Virus record (IMG/VR): IMGVR_UViG_3300017977_000066
Coordinates: 1 to 64,000 of that record
Length of the DNA stretch: 64,000 bases
Source: a virus
Reading direction: 5' to 3' (one strand)
This document shows, piece by piece, positions 48,756 to 59,430 of the stretch (positions within the stretch are counted from its first letter, which is position 1; the number at the start of each line of letters is the position of its first letter). The notes under the pieces were generated by a model that worked only from the letters and a program-made list of their open reading frames with translations, searched no databases and was not told the DNA's origin. A program made the position numbers and the translations under genes.

Positions 48756-49514
48756 GTGGCAGATGTAATTTTAGAAAGTAAAAAAGCTAACTCTGGTAAG
48801 AGTGGTATAGTAGTAGATGAGAATGGTTACCACAAGATGGTATTTGGAGCTTTAAATGCGTATAACTCTAATGGTGTATTCTATAGAGTAGATGATATTA
48901 ACAGACTAACTGGTCCTAAGAGTATAGTTGGTGAGAGAATATCTAATGGTGTATTAAAAGCAGAAGTTAACCATCCAGACTTCACAGGGCTATCTGGTAA
49001 TGCATTATTAAGCAAGATCCTTACTATAGATCTTAATAACGTATGTGGGCATATTAAAGGTATCGAGTTCATAGATACTAAAACATATGAGCCAGGTTGG
49101 TCTGGATATCCTATTTATAGAGTAGAAGGTTGGGTTAAACCATCTGGTGCTAAAGCAGAGGTCTTGAAGTCAGCTTTAGAGAACCCTGATGAGAATGTTC
49201 CTTTCAGTATCAGAAGTGCCGTTATAGAGAAACGCATAGGTGCTACTATGGTTCGTAATGTACTAGAGATATCTACTTGGGACTTCGTTTTTGAGAACGG
49301 TGTTAAAGGTGCTACGTCATGGGCGGCTAGTGGTATAGAGAATAGTAATCATGTACAAGATGACTCTGGAGTACTATGTTTAAATGGTTCTTGTATCCCT
49401 AAACTAAAAGAGTTAGTGTCTAGTGGTACTGAACATCAAGAAGATGTAGAGAAAATACTACAAGGTCTAGAAGAGAAAGAGAAAGCTGAGAAGCCTATCT
49501 TATATAACTGGTAA
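48756..49514 (+). CDS. Prohead maturation serine protease (phiKZ gp175-like)
   Basis: YNSNGVFY, EVNHP (His), FSIRS (Ser), TWDFV (Asp). Confidence 0.85.
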   Translation: MADVILESKKANSGKSGIVVDENGYHKMVFGALNAYNSNGVFYRVDDINRLTGPKSIVGERISNGVLKAEVNHPDFTGLSGNALLSKILTIDLNNVCGHIKGIEFIDTKTYEPGWSGYPIYRVEGWVKPSGAKAEVLKSALENPDENVPFSIRSAVIEKRIGATMVRNVLEISTWDFVFENGVKGATSWAASGIENSNHVQDDSGVLCLNGSCIPKLKELVSSGTEHQEDVEKILQGLEEKEKAEKPILYNW

Positions 49515-49597
49515 TATCTAAAAGCATGTGGATGTATCTCCATATGTTTTTATTACATATTATTTTTTAATGAAAAAAAAACAACAAGGAAGGTAAA

Positions 49598-49876
49598 GTG
49601 GGTAAAGAAAAACAAGAAACATATGAAGTTAAGTATGCTATAGGTAACTATCTCATAACTTGTAAGTACACTATGAAGGTTAGAACTCTTATAGTAATCA
49701 AAGCTGAAATAAATAAGATAAGTAGTGAACATGGTAAAAAGATATTTTCAGAAATATTCAACTTTGAAGATGTTAAACATACACTACTTAAGCATGCTGT
49801 TGCTAATGGTATGGAACCAATGAAGTTAAGAGTATCACCTATAGCTAAAGCTGCTATAGAAACTTATAAAAGATAA
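49598..49876 (+). CDS. Hypothetical protein
   Basis: GTG start with ggaagg RBS; hairpin acataggatac-aaaa-gtatcctatgt follows. Confidence 0.6.
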   Translation: MGKEKQETYEVKYAIGNYLITCKYTMKVRTLIVIKAEINKISSEHGKKIFSEIFNFEDVKHTLLKHAVANGMEPMKLRVSPIAKAAIETYKR

Positions 49877-49917
49877 CCATACATAGGATACAAAAGTATC
49901 CTATGTATATATTCTAT

Positions 49918-52056
49918 TTATTTATTATGTAACTTTTTTATTTTAGTTACTATCTTAATATTATCCAATAAGGCATCTATGGAGAAGTTCTTGATGATAC
50001 TAGGATCTATCTTCTCTTTCAGCGCTTGTATCCTATTAAACAGCTGTGAGCCTACCATGACATTAGTAGTTATCTTAAGTCTATTGCTAAGGGATTCTAT
50101 AGAGCTCTTTATCCTCTTCTGTTCCTCTACTTTCTTCTTATCTATCTTATCATCATTCTCATTAAGCAGTTCATTATCAACAACCATACTTAATACATTC
50201 TCAGTCTTGATACCATAGAGTTTCTTATTCTTACTATAAGATAGGAACCACATACTTAACAATGATGCTATGACCATATCATCATGCCCATTAGCAGCGT
50301 GATCTATCCTGTTGTTAACTATCCTTAACCCAGATAGCTGATTGATAAGCTCTGGATCATTAGTCTTATCAGCAGTATATCTTATCATAGATCTGAATAC
50401 ATTACCATATAGTAAACTCCTACTAGTCTCACCAGCACCTGAAGTAGCAAAACCAAATAGTTTCTTATATTTATTTAGTATCTCTATGGTTATAGATTTA
50501 GTCTTAACTGTATATGGTAATACTTCTTTATATTTTATAGTATCTTGTATAACCCAGTTAAATATCCTCTTAAATGGGTTCATACCTTTTATTAGCATGA
50601 TCCTGAACATATTATCCATGATAGCCATAGCAGATGATCTTCTCTCTGGTACTAGTATGCTATTAGGGAACTCCTCTAATAACTCTACTAGAAAATCTGC
50701 ATAAGTGGCTAGGTTGGTTTCATTAACATTAGCAGCCCCTACTATAGCACCTGTAGTAACATCTCTTATAGTAAGACCTATACCATCATTCTCACCTCCC
50801 AGCGCATCAGAAGTATCAAGTCCTATGATAATGAAGCCATGTTTCTTTAACTGGTTTAATTCTTTATTGTTAACATACCATTTTAAGACATATCCATATT
50901 TACTTATAAATGGATTAAATTCTGTTTTCTTAGAAGCTACTATAACTTCTAATAGTTTCTTAGGTATCGGACTAGAAGTATTACCAACCATCCATTTTAA
51001 TAAGAACTCATTCTCAGCACTCTCACCATCTACCATAGCGACTTCCATACGCTTCCTGATCCACTCATCTGGGAAACCTAGCTGTCTATGACTGAACTCC
51101 AATAACATAACTTTGAACTTACCACTATTCTTCCTAACTATCTCCATGATGGTATCTTCATCTTTTACATCATAATACTTCTCATTGAACCTTAGCGCTG
51201 AGTTATATACCTCATATGCAAAAGCTCCTTCTTCAGAGTTAAGTTTACCAGGAGTAGTAGCGAATGATGTGAAGTAAGCTTGGTTCTCTTCTTTAGCTTG
51301 TTCTCTAGCAGCTGTAGTAGAAGATAATAAAACAGGTAGTGTTATCTTTAGGTTGTATAGATAAGCTAACTCGTCTATGACCCATACAGGTTTAGTATCA
51401 CCTCTTCCTAGGTTATCAGCAGCCTTTTTATCTTTCTGTGCTACTACTAGTGTTATAGCATTATTAAGATTCTTAACTGTTATCCTTTCAGAGTTCTTAA
51501 GATCTTTTTTACCTAGTAATCTTAGAAAGCCTGGCAATGTTTCAAGTTGGTCTTTTATATCTAAAGAAGTCTTGATCCTTAGTTTATCATCTTTTGTTAA
51601 TACACCAGCATTGATATGGCTTGCTTTTATACCAGTAGTATAAGTTAGCATAGAAGTTAAGTTCAAACTTTTACCTGTCTGACGAGGTTGTATGAGATAA
51701 GATGTTATGTGATTTAGTGTTAGCCATATGTAAGCTATATTGGCTCTATTAGCTCTAAGCATGATAGGTGTGCTACCAGATGTTGGTGGTATCCTAAATA
51801 CCTCTCTAAAAAAATACCAAGGATTAAGGTAACACTCGACAGCTATAGCTTCCTGCTGTTCAGAAGTTAAGCCCTCACTATAGGGGTCTACACCTTGTAA
51901 CTCAGGATTTAGTAAAGATAACATAAATGCATGGTTCTCTACATTCATAGACTTTAGTAATCCAGCTACTCTTAGGAAGCTCTTGTTATTTGTTTTAGTG
52001 TCTATGATGGCACCAAAGTTCTCTTCCTTAACCCAGTCAGTTTTAAATAATATCAT
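49918..52056 (-). CDS. terL: Terminase large subunit (phiKZ-like)
   Basis: NPWYFFRE, Walker A PRQTGKS, Walker B VIDE, ATTP, nuclease IGLDTS and RIDH...HDDMVIA. Confidence 0.93.
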   Translation of the reverse strand: MILFKTDWVKEENFGAIIDTKTNNKSFLRVAGLLKSMNVENHAFMLSLLNPELQGVDPYSEGLTSEQQEAIAVECYLNPWYFFREVFRIPPTSGSTPIMLRANRANIAYIWLTLNHITSYLIQPRQTGKSLNLTSMLTYTTGIKASHINAGVLTKDDKLRIKTSLDIKDQLETLPGFLRLLGKKDLKNSERITVKNLNNAITLVVAQKDKKAADNLGRGDTKPVWVIDELAYLYNLKITLPVLLSSTTAAREQAKEENQAYFTSFATTPGKLNSEEGAFAYEVYNSALRFNEKYYDVKDEDTIMEIVRKNSGKFKVMLLEFSHRQLGFPDEWIRKRMEVAMVDGESAENEFLLKWMVGNTSSPIPKKLLEVIVASKKTEFNPFISKYGYVLKWYVNNKELNQLKKHGFIIIGLDTSDALGGENDGIGLTIRDVTTGAIVGAANVNETNLATYADFLVELLEEFPNSILVPERRSSAMAIMDNMFRIMLIKGMNPFKRIFNWVIQDTIKYKEVLPYTVKTKSITIEILNKYKKLFGFATSGAGETSRSLLYGNVFRSMIRYTADKTNDPELINQLSGLRIVNNRIDHAANGHDDMVIASLLSMWFLSYSKNKKLYGIKTENVLSMVVDNELLNENDDKIDKKKVEEQKRIKSSIESLSNRLKITTNVMVGSQLFNRIQALKEKIDPSIIKNFSIDALLDNIKIVTKIKKLHNK

Positions 52057-52172
52057 TAATATTCCTTATAACCTTCTTATCTCTAAGATGGCTTTTTATC
52101 ATGTTATATAAGGCTGCCATATACTTTATAAGCTACATAGGTTTAAATGAATATATTATTAAGGATGTAAGA

Positions 52173-53132
52173 ATGAATATTAATAAGAATAATGTGGAGT
52201 TAATATACATAACACCATTATGGGTAGCTGATATGGCTATAGGTGTTTGTTGGGATAAACAAAAGCCAGTATGTGATATTAAGAGGATGGATAGAATAGC
52301 TAATAAATTTAAACATAGAAGTACTATAGAACACATACACATTATATTTACTACGCACGACTACGCGATAGCTTCAGTATTTAGGGATAATAATTTCTCT
52401 ATAGCAACACCTACCAATGGCACATGGGTTATAACTACTAACATGAGAGCTTTGGGAGATATGAGATTTACGGATATAGATTATGAGGCATTACTACCAG
52501 AAGAGTATCTTTTTCTAGTAACTAACAAGCCATATGAAGTTATGGGACTTAACACCCCATCCCCTAGTATACATATCAAAGATAATTATGGTACTACTAT
52601 AAATTTACTTTCTGATAGTCACCATACCTATACAACAGCTTCTAAAGAAAATGCTTCTTTTAACTTCCATATAAAAGGATGTAGTAGGGCTGTTCTTCAA
52701 GAACTAGCTAGACATAGATCAGCTAACCTTAGTGTTAAGAGTAGTAGATACACACTTAATGAACTTAAGCACGAGAAGCAGTTTAAATTTCTATTCTTAA
52801 TAACTAAAGAACAGAAAGCTAGGGCTAACGAGTATTTAGTCTTTACTGGTCATGATGATGTTGATAGAGCAGCTATATTAGCATTAGAGAACCTAAGGCG
52901 ACTTGTTAATTCTGGTAAGAGCATAGATAAGATTAAGACAGCCATGCCTGAGGCTTATAGGACAGAATTAGTACTCTCTTTTACATACAGTGGGTTAGCT
53001 AACTTTTTACAGCTTAGATTAAACGATTCGGCTTGGTATCAGATACGATCATTAGCTAGACATATTACTACTATACTACCATTGCCTATATTAGAAGATA
53101 TGGGTAGAGATATAAAAATACCATTAGTATAA
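52173..53132 (+). CDS. thyX: Flavin-dependent thymidylate synthase with an internal insertion
   Basis: KHRSTIEH, SRAVLQELARHRSANLSVKSSRY, MPEAYRT, NFLQLR...AWYQIR; RBS aagga favours ATG 52173. Confidence 0.9.
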   Translation: MNINKNNVELIYITPLWVADMAIGVCWDKQKPVCDIKRMDRIANKFKHRSTIEHIHIIFTTHDYAIASVFRDNNFSIATPTNGTWVITTNMRALGDMRFTDIDYEALLPEEYLFLVTNKPYEVMGLNTPSPSIHIKDNYGTTINLLSDSHHTYTTASKENASFNFHIKGCSRAVLQELARHRSANLSVKSSRYTLNELKHEKQFKFLFLITKEQKARANEYLVFTGHDDVDRAAILALENLRRLVNSGKSIDKIKTAMPEAYRTELVLSFTYSGLANFLQLRLNDSAWYQIRSLARHITTILPLPILEDMGRDIKIPLV

Positions 53133-53150
53133 TAGTAGATAAAAAACAGT

Positions 53151-53280
53151 GTAGTTAATTTTTATATAAAAGGGCGTAGCAGAGTAATACTACAAGAGTT
53201 GGCTAGACACATGTCTGGTAATTTTAGTGTTAAGAGTAGCAGGTATACATTAAAAAGAGCTTAAAGGAGAGTGGTCATTT
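53151..53280 (+). pseudogene. Degenerate second copy of the thyX catalytic segment
   Basis: Translates VVNFYIKGRSRVILQELARHMSGNFSVKSSRYTLK, then a frameshift to ELKGE; no start codon or RBS upstream. Confidence 0.8.
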
Positions 53281-53550
53281 AACATTAGATTCAGTAGAGT
53301 CTAAGGGACTTTCTGATGTCCAGTTAGATAACATATCGCTAGTTATAAAAGCATGGTCTGAAAAAGCCATTAGATCTATATTTGTAGATGAAGTACTTAT
53401 AGGTAAGACTAGTTATGGTATTACTAAGGAATTAAGAAAACGTTTGCAGCTAGATAAGGTCGATCACACATATAGTCCTATCGACTATATAGGCTACATG
53501 GATGGTCATAGTCAGAGAAAGGATAGCTTAATACTATCCTTTCTCTTTTT

Positions 53551-54201
53551 TTACTTAAAAATATTAGTTATATCATCAGCAGTAAAAGTATCTGGTAATG
53601 CTTTAAATGCATATATGGCTTTTCTAGCATCTAGAAAATCATTATTTACTATATAGTACTTAGTCTTAACTCTAAAAGCTTCTATCAATGAGTTAGATGC
53701 CCTTGTCTTGGTGTTAGATGCATCAGAAAGTTGTATGATAAGACTAGCCAAGTCATCCACACTAAGTCCTACTAATGTTGCTTCTGTAGATAGCTCATCT
53801 TTATAAGAAACATTATCAGCTTTATAAGCTTTTGCCATAGCTGCTTTTTGGCTATATCTATCTATCTGTAAAGTAGTAACATTCTGACCAGCTAGAAAGT
53901 TAAGTACTTCTTGTGTTTTAAAATCACACACATTCTGTAACTCTGTAAATAAAGCTAGTTTCTCCTCTGCCACATCTTCTTCATATTTAGCATTAGTTCT
54001 ATATTCATCAACAACTATAACATTATTAGCATCATACTTATAAAAAACTTCACTAGCATTTATACTAGTAGTAGGTAGATCTTCTTCAGCTACTATAATA
54101 AAACTATTATAATCATTATTGTTAACACCTATGAATAAATCCTCATTAGCTATGTTTATCTTAACTCTATAAAGAAGAGTATCTTTTACCCTAAAAACCA
54201 T
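53551..54201 (-). CDS. Putative tail-fibre assembly/accessory protein
   Basis: QIDRYSQKAAMAKAY...EATLVGLSVDDLASLII pattern typical of tail-fibre chaperones; follows the LamG gene. Confidence 0.5.
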   Translation of the reverse strand: MVFRVKDTLLYRVKINIANEDLFIGVNNNDYNSFIIVAEEDLPTTSINASEVFYKYDANNVIVVDEYRTNAKYEEDVAEEKLALFTELQNVCDFKTQEVLNFLAGQNVTTLQIDRYSQKAAMAKAYKADNVSYKDELSTEATLVGLSVDDLASLIIQLSDASNTKTRASNSLIEAFRVKTKYYIVNNDFLDARKAIYAFKALPDTFTADDITNIFK

Positions 54202-54211
54202 ATCATAATCC

Positions 54212-55015
54212 TTATTCGTTAGCTAATTGCCGAGCCTCGGCATCAGTTAAAGCTCTGTTAAATATATGTAGTACATCTATAGAACCAAACTTCCTATAAC
54301 CACTATCGGCACCCCACCCAAATATATTAAGGTCAGTATTTTTTATTATAGCATTACCAGGAGTCTGACTAGAATCTCTCTGGCTAAGAGTTTGTGGTTG
54401 ACCATCTACCCATATCTTATTGTTAGTATAATCTCCCTCATGCATCTCCATAACTAAGTGTATGAAATTATTTTGTGTTATGGGGTTATCTATACCATAA
54501 AGATCGCCATTAGCAGTATTAAAACCTAACTTACCACCAGTTAAGTATATGTCATATAGATCGAACCCAAGAGGCATAACCGATGATGTACCTGACCATT
54601 TAGCAAAAAAAGAGAATGTTATAACATCTTTATCGTAGTTAAGAGGTATAGATATATGTGAACTATTATTCCTAGACTTAACAGCTTGACCATGCACCCC
54701 ATTAACCCATCTTACTGCATCTGTTATAGTACCATCATAAATACCACCAACATCATTAGCATCTCCATCAAATAGGAATGTGGCTACACCACTACCATCC
54801 CCAAATGGATCTAGTGAGTCTGGTACTGGCATAATTCTGGTACCCAATTGACCTTGCCAAACATTCTTATCAGTAGTACCATCTATAGATAGAAATAACT
54901 CACCTGTAGTTATATTCTCCCATATAGTGCCTTCTGATAGGTTAGTTGTGGTAGTGGGATTATCGTCACTCTTAATAACACCTTTTATGTTTCTTAAGCT
55001 AAACTTATCCATCAC
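54212..55015 (-). CDS. LamG/concanavalin A-like domain protein (tail/adhesion)
   Basis: DPFGDGSGVATFLFDGDAND, ITFSFF, IHLV, IWVDG, GSIDVLHIFNRALTDAE. Confidence 0.75.
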   Translation of the reverse strand: MMDKFSLRNIKGVIKSDDNPTTTTNLSEGTIWENITTGELFLSIDGTTDKNVWQGQLGTRIMPVPDSLDPFGDGSGVATFLFDGDANDVGGIYDGTITDAVRWVNGVHGQAVKSRNNSSHISIPLNYDKDVITFSFFAKWSGTSSVMPLGFDLYDIYLTGGKLGFNTANGDLYGIDNPITQNNFIHLVMEMHEGDYTNNKIWVDGQPQTLSQRDSSQTPGNAIIKNTDLNIFGWGADSGYRKFGSIDVLHIFNRALTDAEARQLANE

Positions 55016-56223
55016 TTCAGACTCCTTATAAATACATATACTATATATGCTAATATATAGCTAGATACCAACCACTTAGTTTTTATCTTTGTATGTTTTA
55101 ATACTAATTTCTTAATTTCTTTTTTAACCTCTACTATATCCTCATTATTAACCTTACTACTGGAGAAGTAATACCTAACAGCAGTTATAGCTTTAGGTAT
55201 ATTCTCTCTCTTCTCTATATTCAGATTGATTTTAGATAGGTAGGTATAGCTTATCAGTAATACCTTCTCTACTATAGCTTCTACTTCTTTAACTTCTACC
55301 TTGTCTACATCAGATACATTCTTTAATATACTATGGAACTCATCGAACTTTATCTTGTTATAGAGACTTATAACTATGAGTATGGTATCCCTATCTATGA
55401 AGTCATTACTATTAGTAGCTATAGACTTCATGTTACCTATGATCTTATAGATGTTAATATCACTATCTTTGAGCTGTACTGTATTATTTTCGCCACCTAT
55501 AAAAGTAGCTTTATCTTGCTGTATGATATCATCATTTTCTATGACGTCTATTAGCATGCCGTAGATAACTTTTATCTGCTCTCTTATATTAGTCTGTATA
55601 TTAGACAATGCATCTAAACTATCTTTAGTGTTATAGCTCTTGATCCTACTATTAATAGGTACTGATTTATCTAAACACATATTAGTTCTATGTAAGAATA
55701 CATCTTGCCAGCTACCTAGTCGTTTTATTAAGAATTTATTACTTAGCTTATTATATACACTACTAGCTATGTGTTCAGGAACATAGTAGCTAAAATACCT
55801 AGTATGTAAAGAAGTGAACATCCTATACTGTATTATAAGACATACTTCAATCATACCAGCTTCTCTTTCATCTCTATTCAAAGATTTAGATATGCTATAG
55901 CTATGTGCTATATAAAGTAATGTCTGGTATATGATGTTACTACCTATGTTAAAGTTTTTCTCTACTCCTTTAACCCTATAGATCTCTTTCTGTAGATCTT
56001 CATAGTCGCTCATACCCAATGTCTCATTCATCAGCATGCCATCATCTCGCTTAGAGAACTTGATAGGATATACACCTAGTAGGTGCGAACCTAAGAAGTC
56101 TAGATAGTTATCATCTTTAGTACTCCAAGAGAGTCTGAAATTTTTTAATTTCTTAGTTAGTTTAATACTTGGTTCTATGCCATTTACATTCTTATTAAAA
56201 AACTTTTTAATATCGTTATACAT
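55012..56223 (-). CDS. Hypothetical protein, probable phiKZ-like virion protein
   Basis: 403-aa ORF with aagga RBS; FLGSHLLGV and LSNKFLIKRLGSW resemble conserved phiKZ-like proteins (from recall). Confidence 0.55.
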   Translation of the reverse strand: MYNDIKKFFNKNVNGIEPSIKLTKKLKNFRLSWSTKDDNYLDFLGSHLLGVYPIKFSKRDDGMLMNETLGMSDYEDLQKEIYRVKGVEKNFNIGSNIIYQTLLYIAHSYSISKSLNRDEREAGMIEVCLIIQYRMFTSLHTRYFSYYVPEHIASSVYNKLSNKFLIKRLGSWQDVFLHRTNMCLDKSVPINSRIKSYNTKDSLDALSNIQTNIREQIKVIYGMLIDVIENDDIIQQDKATFIGGENNTVQLKDSDINIYKIIGNMKSIATNSNDFIDRDTILIVISLYNKIKFDEFHSILKNVSDVDKVEVKEVEAIVEKVLLISYTYLSKINLNIEKRENIPKAITAVRYYFSSSKVNNEDIVEVKKEIKKLVLKHTKIKTKWLVSSYILAYIVYVFIRSLK

Positions 56224-56277
56224 GCTATTTCCTTATGTATCTTTATTCAATTTAGTTATTCATTTGTTTTATGACTT

Positions 56278-56319
56278 TATATTACTAATATGAGTCTAAG
56301 TCGTTAATGTCTTAGCTTA
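56278..56319 (+). promoter_or_regulatory. phiKZ-type early promoter with 5' hairpin
   Basis: TATATTACtaatatgagtctaag...cttagctta. Confidence 0.8.
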
Positions 56320-56341
56320 AATAATAATATAGGAGACAGGT

Positions 56342-56677
56342 ATGCAAGAGCATAAGATAGTCATAAACGACACAGAAGTAGTAGTACGTAATTTACAAAA
56401 CATAACAGGTGAGTTAGTATCGTCTCTATTATTTAGCATCAGTAATGAGCTAATATCTGATGTTGTTTATACTAGAAGTAAGAACGTCTTGAAGTTTAAA
56501 TTCGATATGAGTCTGGATGATAAGACTAAAGCAATTATTAAAAACATAGTTAGTGAAAAATTAAATGATTTCGCTACAAGCAAGGTAATGGTTCAAGTTG
56601 CATGTACTAAAACTACTAATGCATATACATTATCAGATGAGGAACGGAAGCAGTACAAGTTATTGATGAAGTCGTAA
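56342..56677 (+). CDS. Hypothetical early protein
   Basis: aggag RBS. Confidence 0.7.
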   Translation: MQEHKIVINDTEVVVRNLQNITGELVSSLLFSISNELISDVVYTRSKNVLKFKFDMSLDDKTKAIIKNIVSEKLNDFATSKVMVQVACTKTTNAYTLSDEERKQYKLLMKS

Positions 56678-56693
56678 TATAAGGAAAGAAAAA

Positions 56694-58529
56694 ATGATAG
56701 AAACTAAAAATGGGAGTAGACTGACTTTTGATGACATAAAAAAAGATCTTTTAAAAGATAACATACGTATCATGGAGCCTAGTAAAGAGTTGTTAGGCAT
56801 GGCTAAAACTACCTATAAGTCCAGGATGCAACAAAGTATCCTAGCTAACAGATATAAAGATACTGAAGAGTTAGATAAGAACTTAAAATATACACTAGAT
56901 GATATACTAAGTAAAGAGTTTATAGAGCAACATCTTCCTATCATCAAGACCAGTACTGAGTTATTGGTAAATGCTATAAATGCTAATGAGCATATAGTAG
57001 TAGTAAGTGATTATGATGTAGATGGTGTCACAAGTGGTGCTATATTGTACTATTTATTCCATGATCTTTTCAAGTATGAGAATGTAGAATATATTATCAA
57101 CAAGAGAGATTTTGGTAACGGTATCAATAAGACCATCACTAAGAGACTTATCGAGTACAATAAAGTTAAGAAGATAGGGTTGTTCATAACTAGTGATGCT
57201 GGTAGTCATGATGAAGAGTCTTATAAGGTACTTAAAGAAGAGACAGACATGAAGATCATCGTTACAGATCACCACCTCTTCTCTGAAGATGAGTTCCCTA
57301 ATAGTGCAGATGCATTAGTTAACCCACAAAGATATGATAATGATTTTAAATATCTAACTGGTACACATATAGCATACTACACACTACTACATGCATACTT
57401 GACTATGCATGATGTTATAACAGAGGAAGCTAAAAAAGTTATCTACTATAAACTCTTATATGTAGGTATGACAGTCATATCTGATTGTATGGATCTTAAA
57501 CACTATATAAACAGAAAAGTTGTTAAATATATGCTAGTAGAACTTAATCGTAAAGATATAGAACATGATCCTTTCTGGGCTTATATTATTAAAGAGATAA
57601 GTAATGGATATCTTATAACAGAAACCACATTAAGCTATAATGTTATCTCTATGCTTAACTCTCCAGGTAGGATATCTAATCCTAGGATATCATTCGAGTT
57701 ATTAACATCTGGTAATGCTGATGTAGCTGAACAGTACCATAAAGATATCTCTGTTATCAATAATACTAGAAAAGATAAACAGAAGAAAGCTTTTAAATCT
57801 ACTAAGAAAGAAGAGTTCTCTGATGGTGCTATAAAGGTAATGGTTATTGATGACATAAATGGCATACAAGGCATCGTTGCTAATAATGTTATGTATGAAG
57901 ATAACTTTAAAGCTGTTATAGTTTTCAGTAAAGTAAGTTTACCTACTGGGGAAGTATATATAGGTTCTGGTAGATCTCAGGATGAAAACATTAATCTAAA
58001 AGAAATACTAGATGGTGTTAATGATGCTACTGATATCATGATCTCTTATGGTGGGCATGAGAAAGCAGTAGGAGTGAAGATACTTCCTGATCTTAAGAAG
58101 TTTTATACTACCTTTAAAGCAGAGGTAGATAAGCATGAGGTTAAGAAAATAGAATACACTGATGTAGAAGATTATATATTCAGTGTTAAGAAGATCATAA
58201 CTAATATGGCTGATATTGATAGCATGTCACCTTACGGCATAGGCTTCCCTTTACCAACGTTCGCAGGAGACTTCAGTATCGTATCGTATAGGATATACCA
58301 AAACAATGGTTATTACCTTAGCCTTAAAGTTAATGTTGGTACTAACGATACTGCTATCATGTCAGCATTCTACCATGTGAAGTCTAGTGAGATAGAAGAG
58401 TTCTCTGATGACTTAAAGTACCAAAAGAATATTAGGATGGTATTTACATTAGATGTAAATACTTTTAGAATGTATAATCGTATACAAATAAATGTTAAAG
58501 AGTTAATATTTAAAAAGGACAATAAATGA
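56694..58529 (+). CDS. recJ: RecJ-like ssDNA exonuclease
   Basis: SDYDVDGVTS, ITSDAG, VTDHH, VNPQR, ISDCMDL, LNSPGR, GSGRS, GGHEKAVG, SPYGIGFP. Confidence 0.92.
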   Translation: MIETKNGSRLTFDDIKKDLLKDNIRIMEPSKELLGMAKTTYKSRMQQSILANRYKDTEELDKNLKYTLDDILSKEFIEQHLPIIKTSTELLVNAINANEHIVVVSDYDVDGVTSGAILYYLFHDLFKYENVEYIINKRDFGNGINKTITKRLIEYNKVKKIGLFITSDAGSHDEESYKVLKEETDMKIIVTDHHLFSEDEFPNSADALVNPQRYDNDFKYLTGTHIAYYTLLHAYLTMHDVITEEAKKVIYYKLLYVGMTVISDCMDLKHYINRKVVKYMLVELNRKDIEHDPFWAYIIKEISNGYLITETTLSYNVISMLNSPGRISNPRISFELLTSGNADVAEQYHKDISVINNTRKDKQKKAFKSTKKEEFSDGAIKVMVIDDINGIQGIVANNVMYEDNFKAVIVFSKVSLPTGEVYIGSGRSQDENINLKEILDGVNDATDIMISYGGHEKAVGVKILPDLKKFYTTFKAEVDKHEVKKIEYTDVEDYIFSVKKIITNMADIDSMSPYGIGFPLPTFAGDFSIVSYRIYQNNGYYLSLKVNVGTNDTAIMSAFYHVKSSEIEEFSDDLKYQKNIRMVFTLDVNTFRMYNRIQINVKELIFKKDNK

Positions 58530-58900
58530 AATTATCGGATATAGAAAATATTAGAGAGGTATTATTTAAAATAGATACTGAGCATGATTTTGCAGCTTAT
58601 GAGGAGCATAGTAGTGCCTCATTAGCCAACCACCTGTTATCATATGCTAACAAGGATACCATGGATGACATGTTTGATGAATTCGATGTGGAATATAAAG
58701 ATATGGTGCTACTATCCTTATTTACAGAAAGTGAGGTTATTTCAATATCGTTAGATGGTAAGATGGGTACCCTTAAGCTTTTTAATGGTAGCATCGTACT
58801 TAACATGGATGGTAAGACTACATTTATAGCTCTAACTAACAAAGATAGAACTAACTCTTTAATGGACGTTATTAATGATGTAGTAATTAAACTACATTAA
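58526..58900 (+). CDS. Hypothetical protein
   Basis: aagga RBS; overlaps the recJ stop. Confidence 0.7.
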   Translation: MKLSDIENIREVLFKIDTEHDFAAYEEHSSASLANHLLSYANKDTMDDMFDEFDVEYKDMVLLSLFTESEVISISLDGKMGTLKLFNGSIVLNMDGKTTFIALTNKDRTNSLMDVINDVVIKLH

Positions 58901-58927
58901 AAAAAAAGACAATAGGATTTTATATTC

Positions 58928-59179
58928 ATGTGTGATAATATTATTACAAAAGAAGATAGAAAAGAGTTCAAAAACCATATACGAAAGTTCGTTAGTTACC
59001 TTATAAACTATGAGGGGTTTAGAGCTGGTTCTATAGCTAGAGCCATAGGACAAAATAAAGCTTTTAATATAGCTAGTTTAGACTTTGGTTATAAGAAAGC
59101 CGTAGAGATTAAAAAAGCATATATAAACAATTATAATGCTTGGATAGATAAAGAGGAAAATAAATGTGGTATTTCGTAA
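58928..59179 (+). CDS. Hypothetical protein
   Basis: agga RBS; operonic. Confidence 0.65.
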   Translation: MCDNIITKEDRKEFKNHIRKFVSYLINYEGFRAGSIARAIGQNKAFNIASLDFGYKKAVEIKKAYINNYNAWIDKEENKCGIS

Positions 59180-59430
59180 TAGGCGTGATAATAGCAGCTA
59201 TCTTGGTCTCTAAAGGTGTTAGAGATTTCAATGATGATACTAGGATGGGCTGGGTTAAGAGTGAGTTAACACTAGGATCGTTATTAACATTTCTAATGGA
59301 AACCAATATTATGTTATTAGTAGCTATTTTTATGTCCATAGCGATATGGCCTATAATAGTAGTACTTTACTTATTATATTGTTTAGCATTATTAGTTAAC
59401 AAGATTAAGCTTAAATATAAAAACAGATAG
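59164..59430 (+). CDS. Small membrane protein
   Basis: Two to three hydrophobic segments; gagga RBS. Confidence 0.65.
   Translation: MWYFVIGVIIAAILVSKGVRDFNDDTRMGWVKSELTLGSLLTFLMETNIMLLVAIFMSIAIWPIIVVLYLLYCLALLVNKIKLKYKNR

Noticed and set aside
52662-53280. Diversity-generating retroelement TR/VR pair at thyX
   Set aside because: Differences are not adenine-specific and no reverse transcriptase is present in the window
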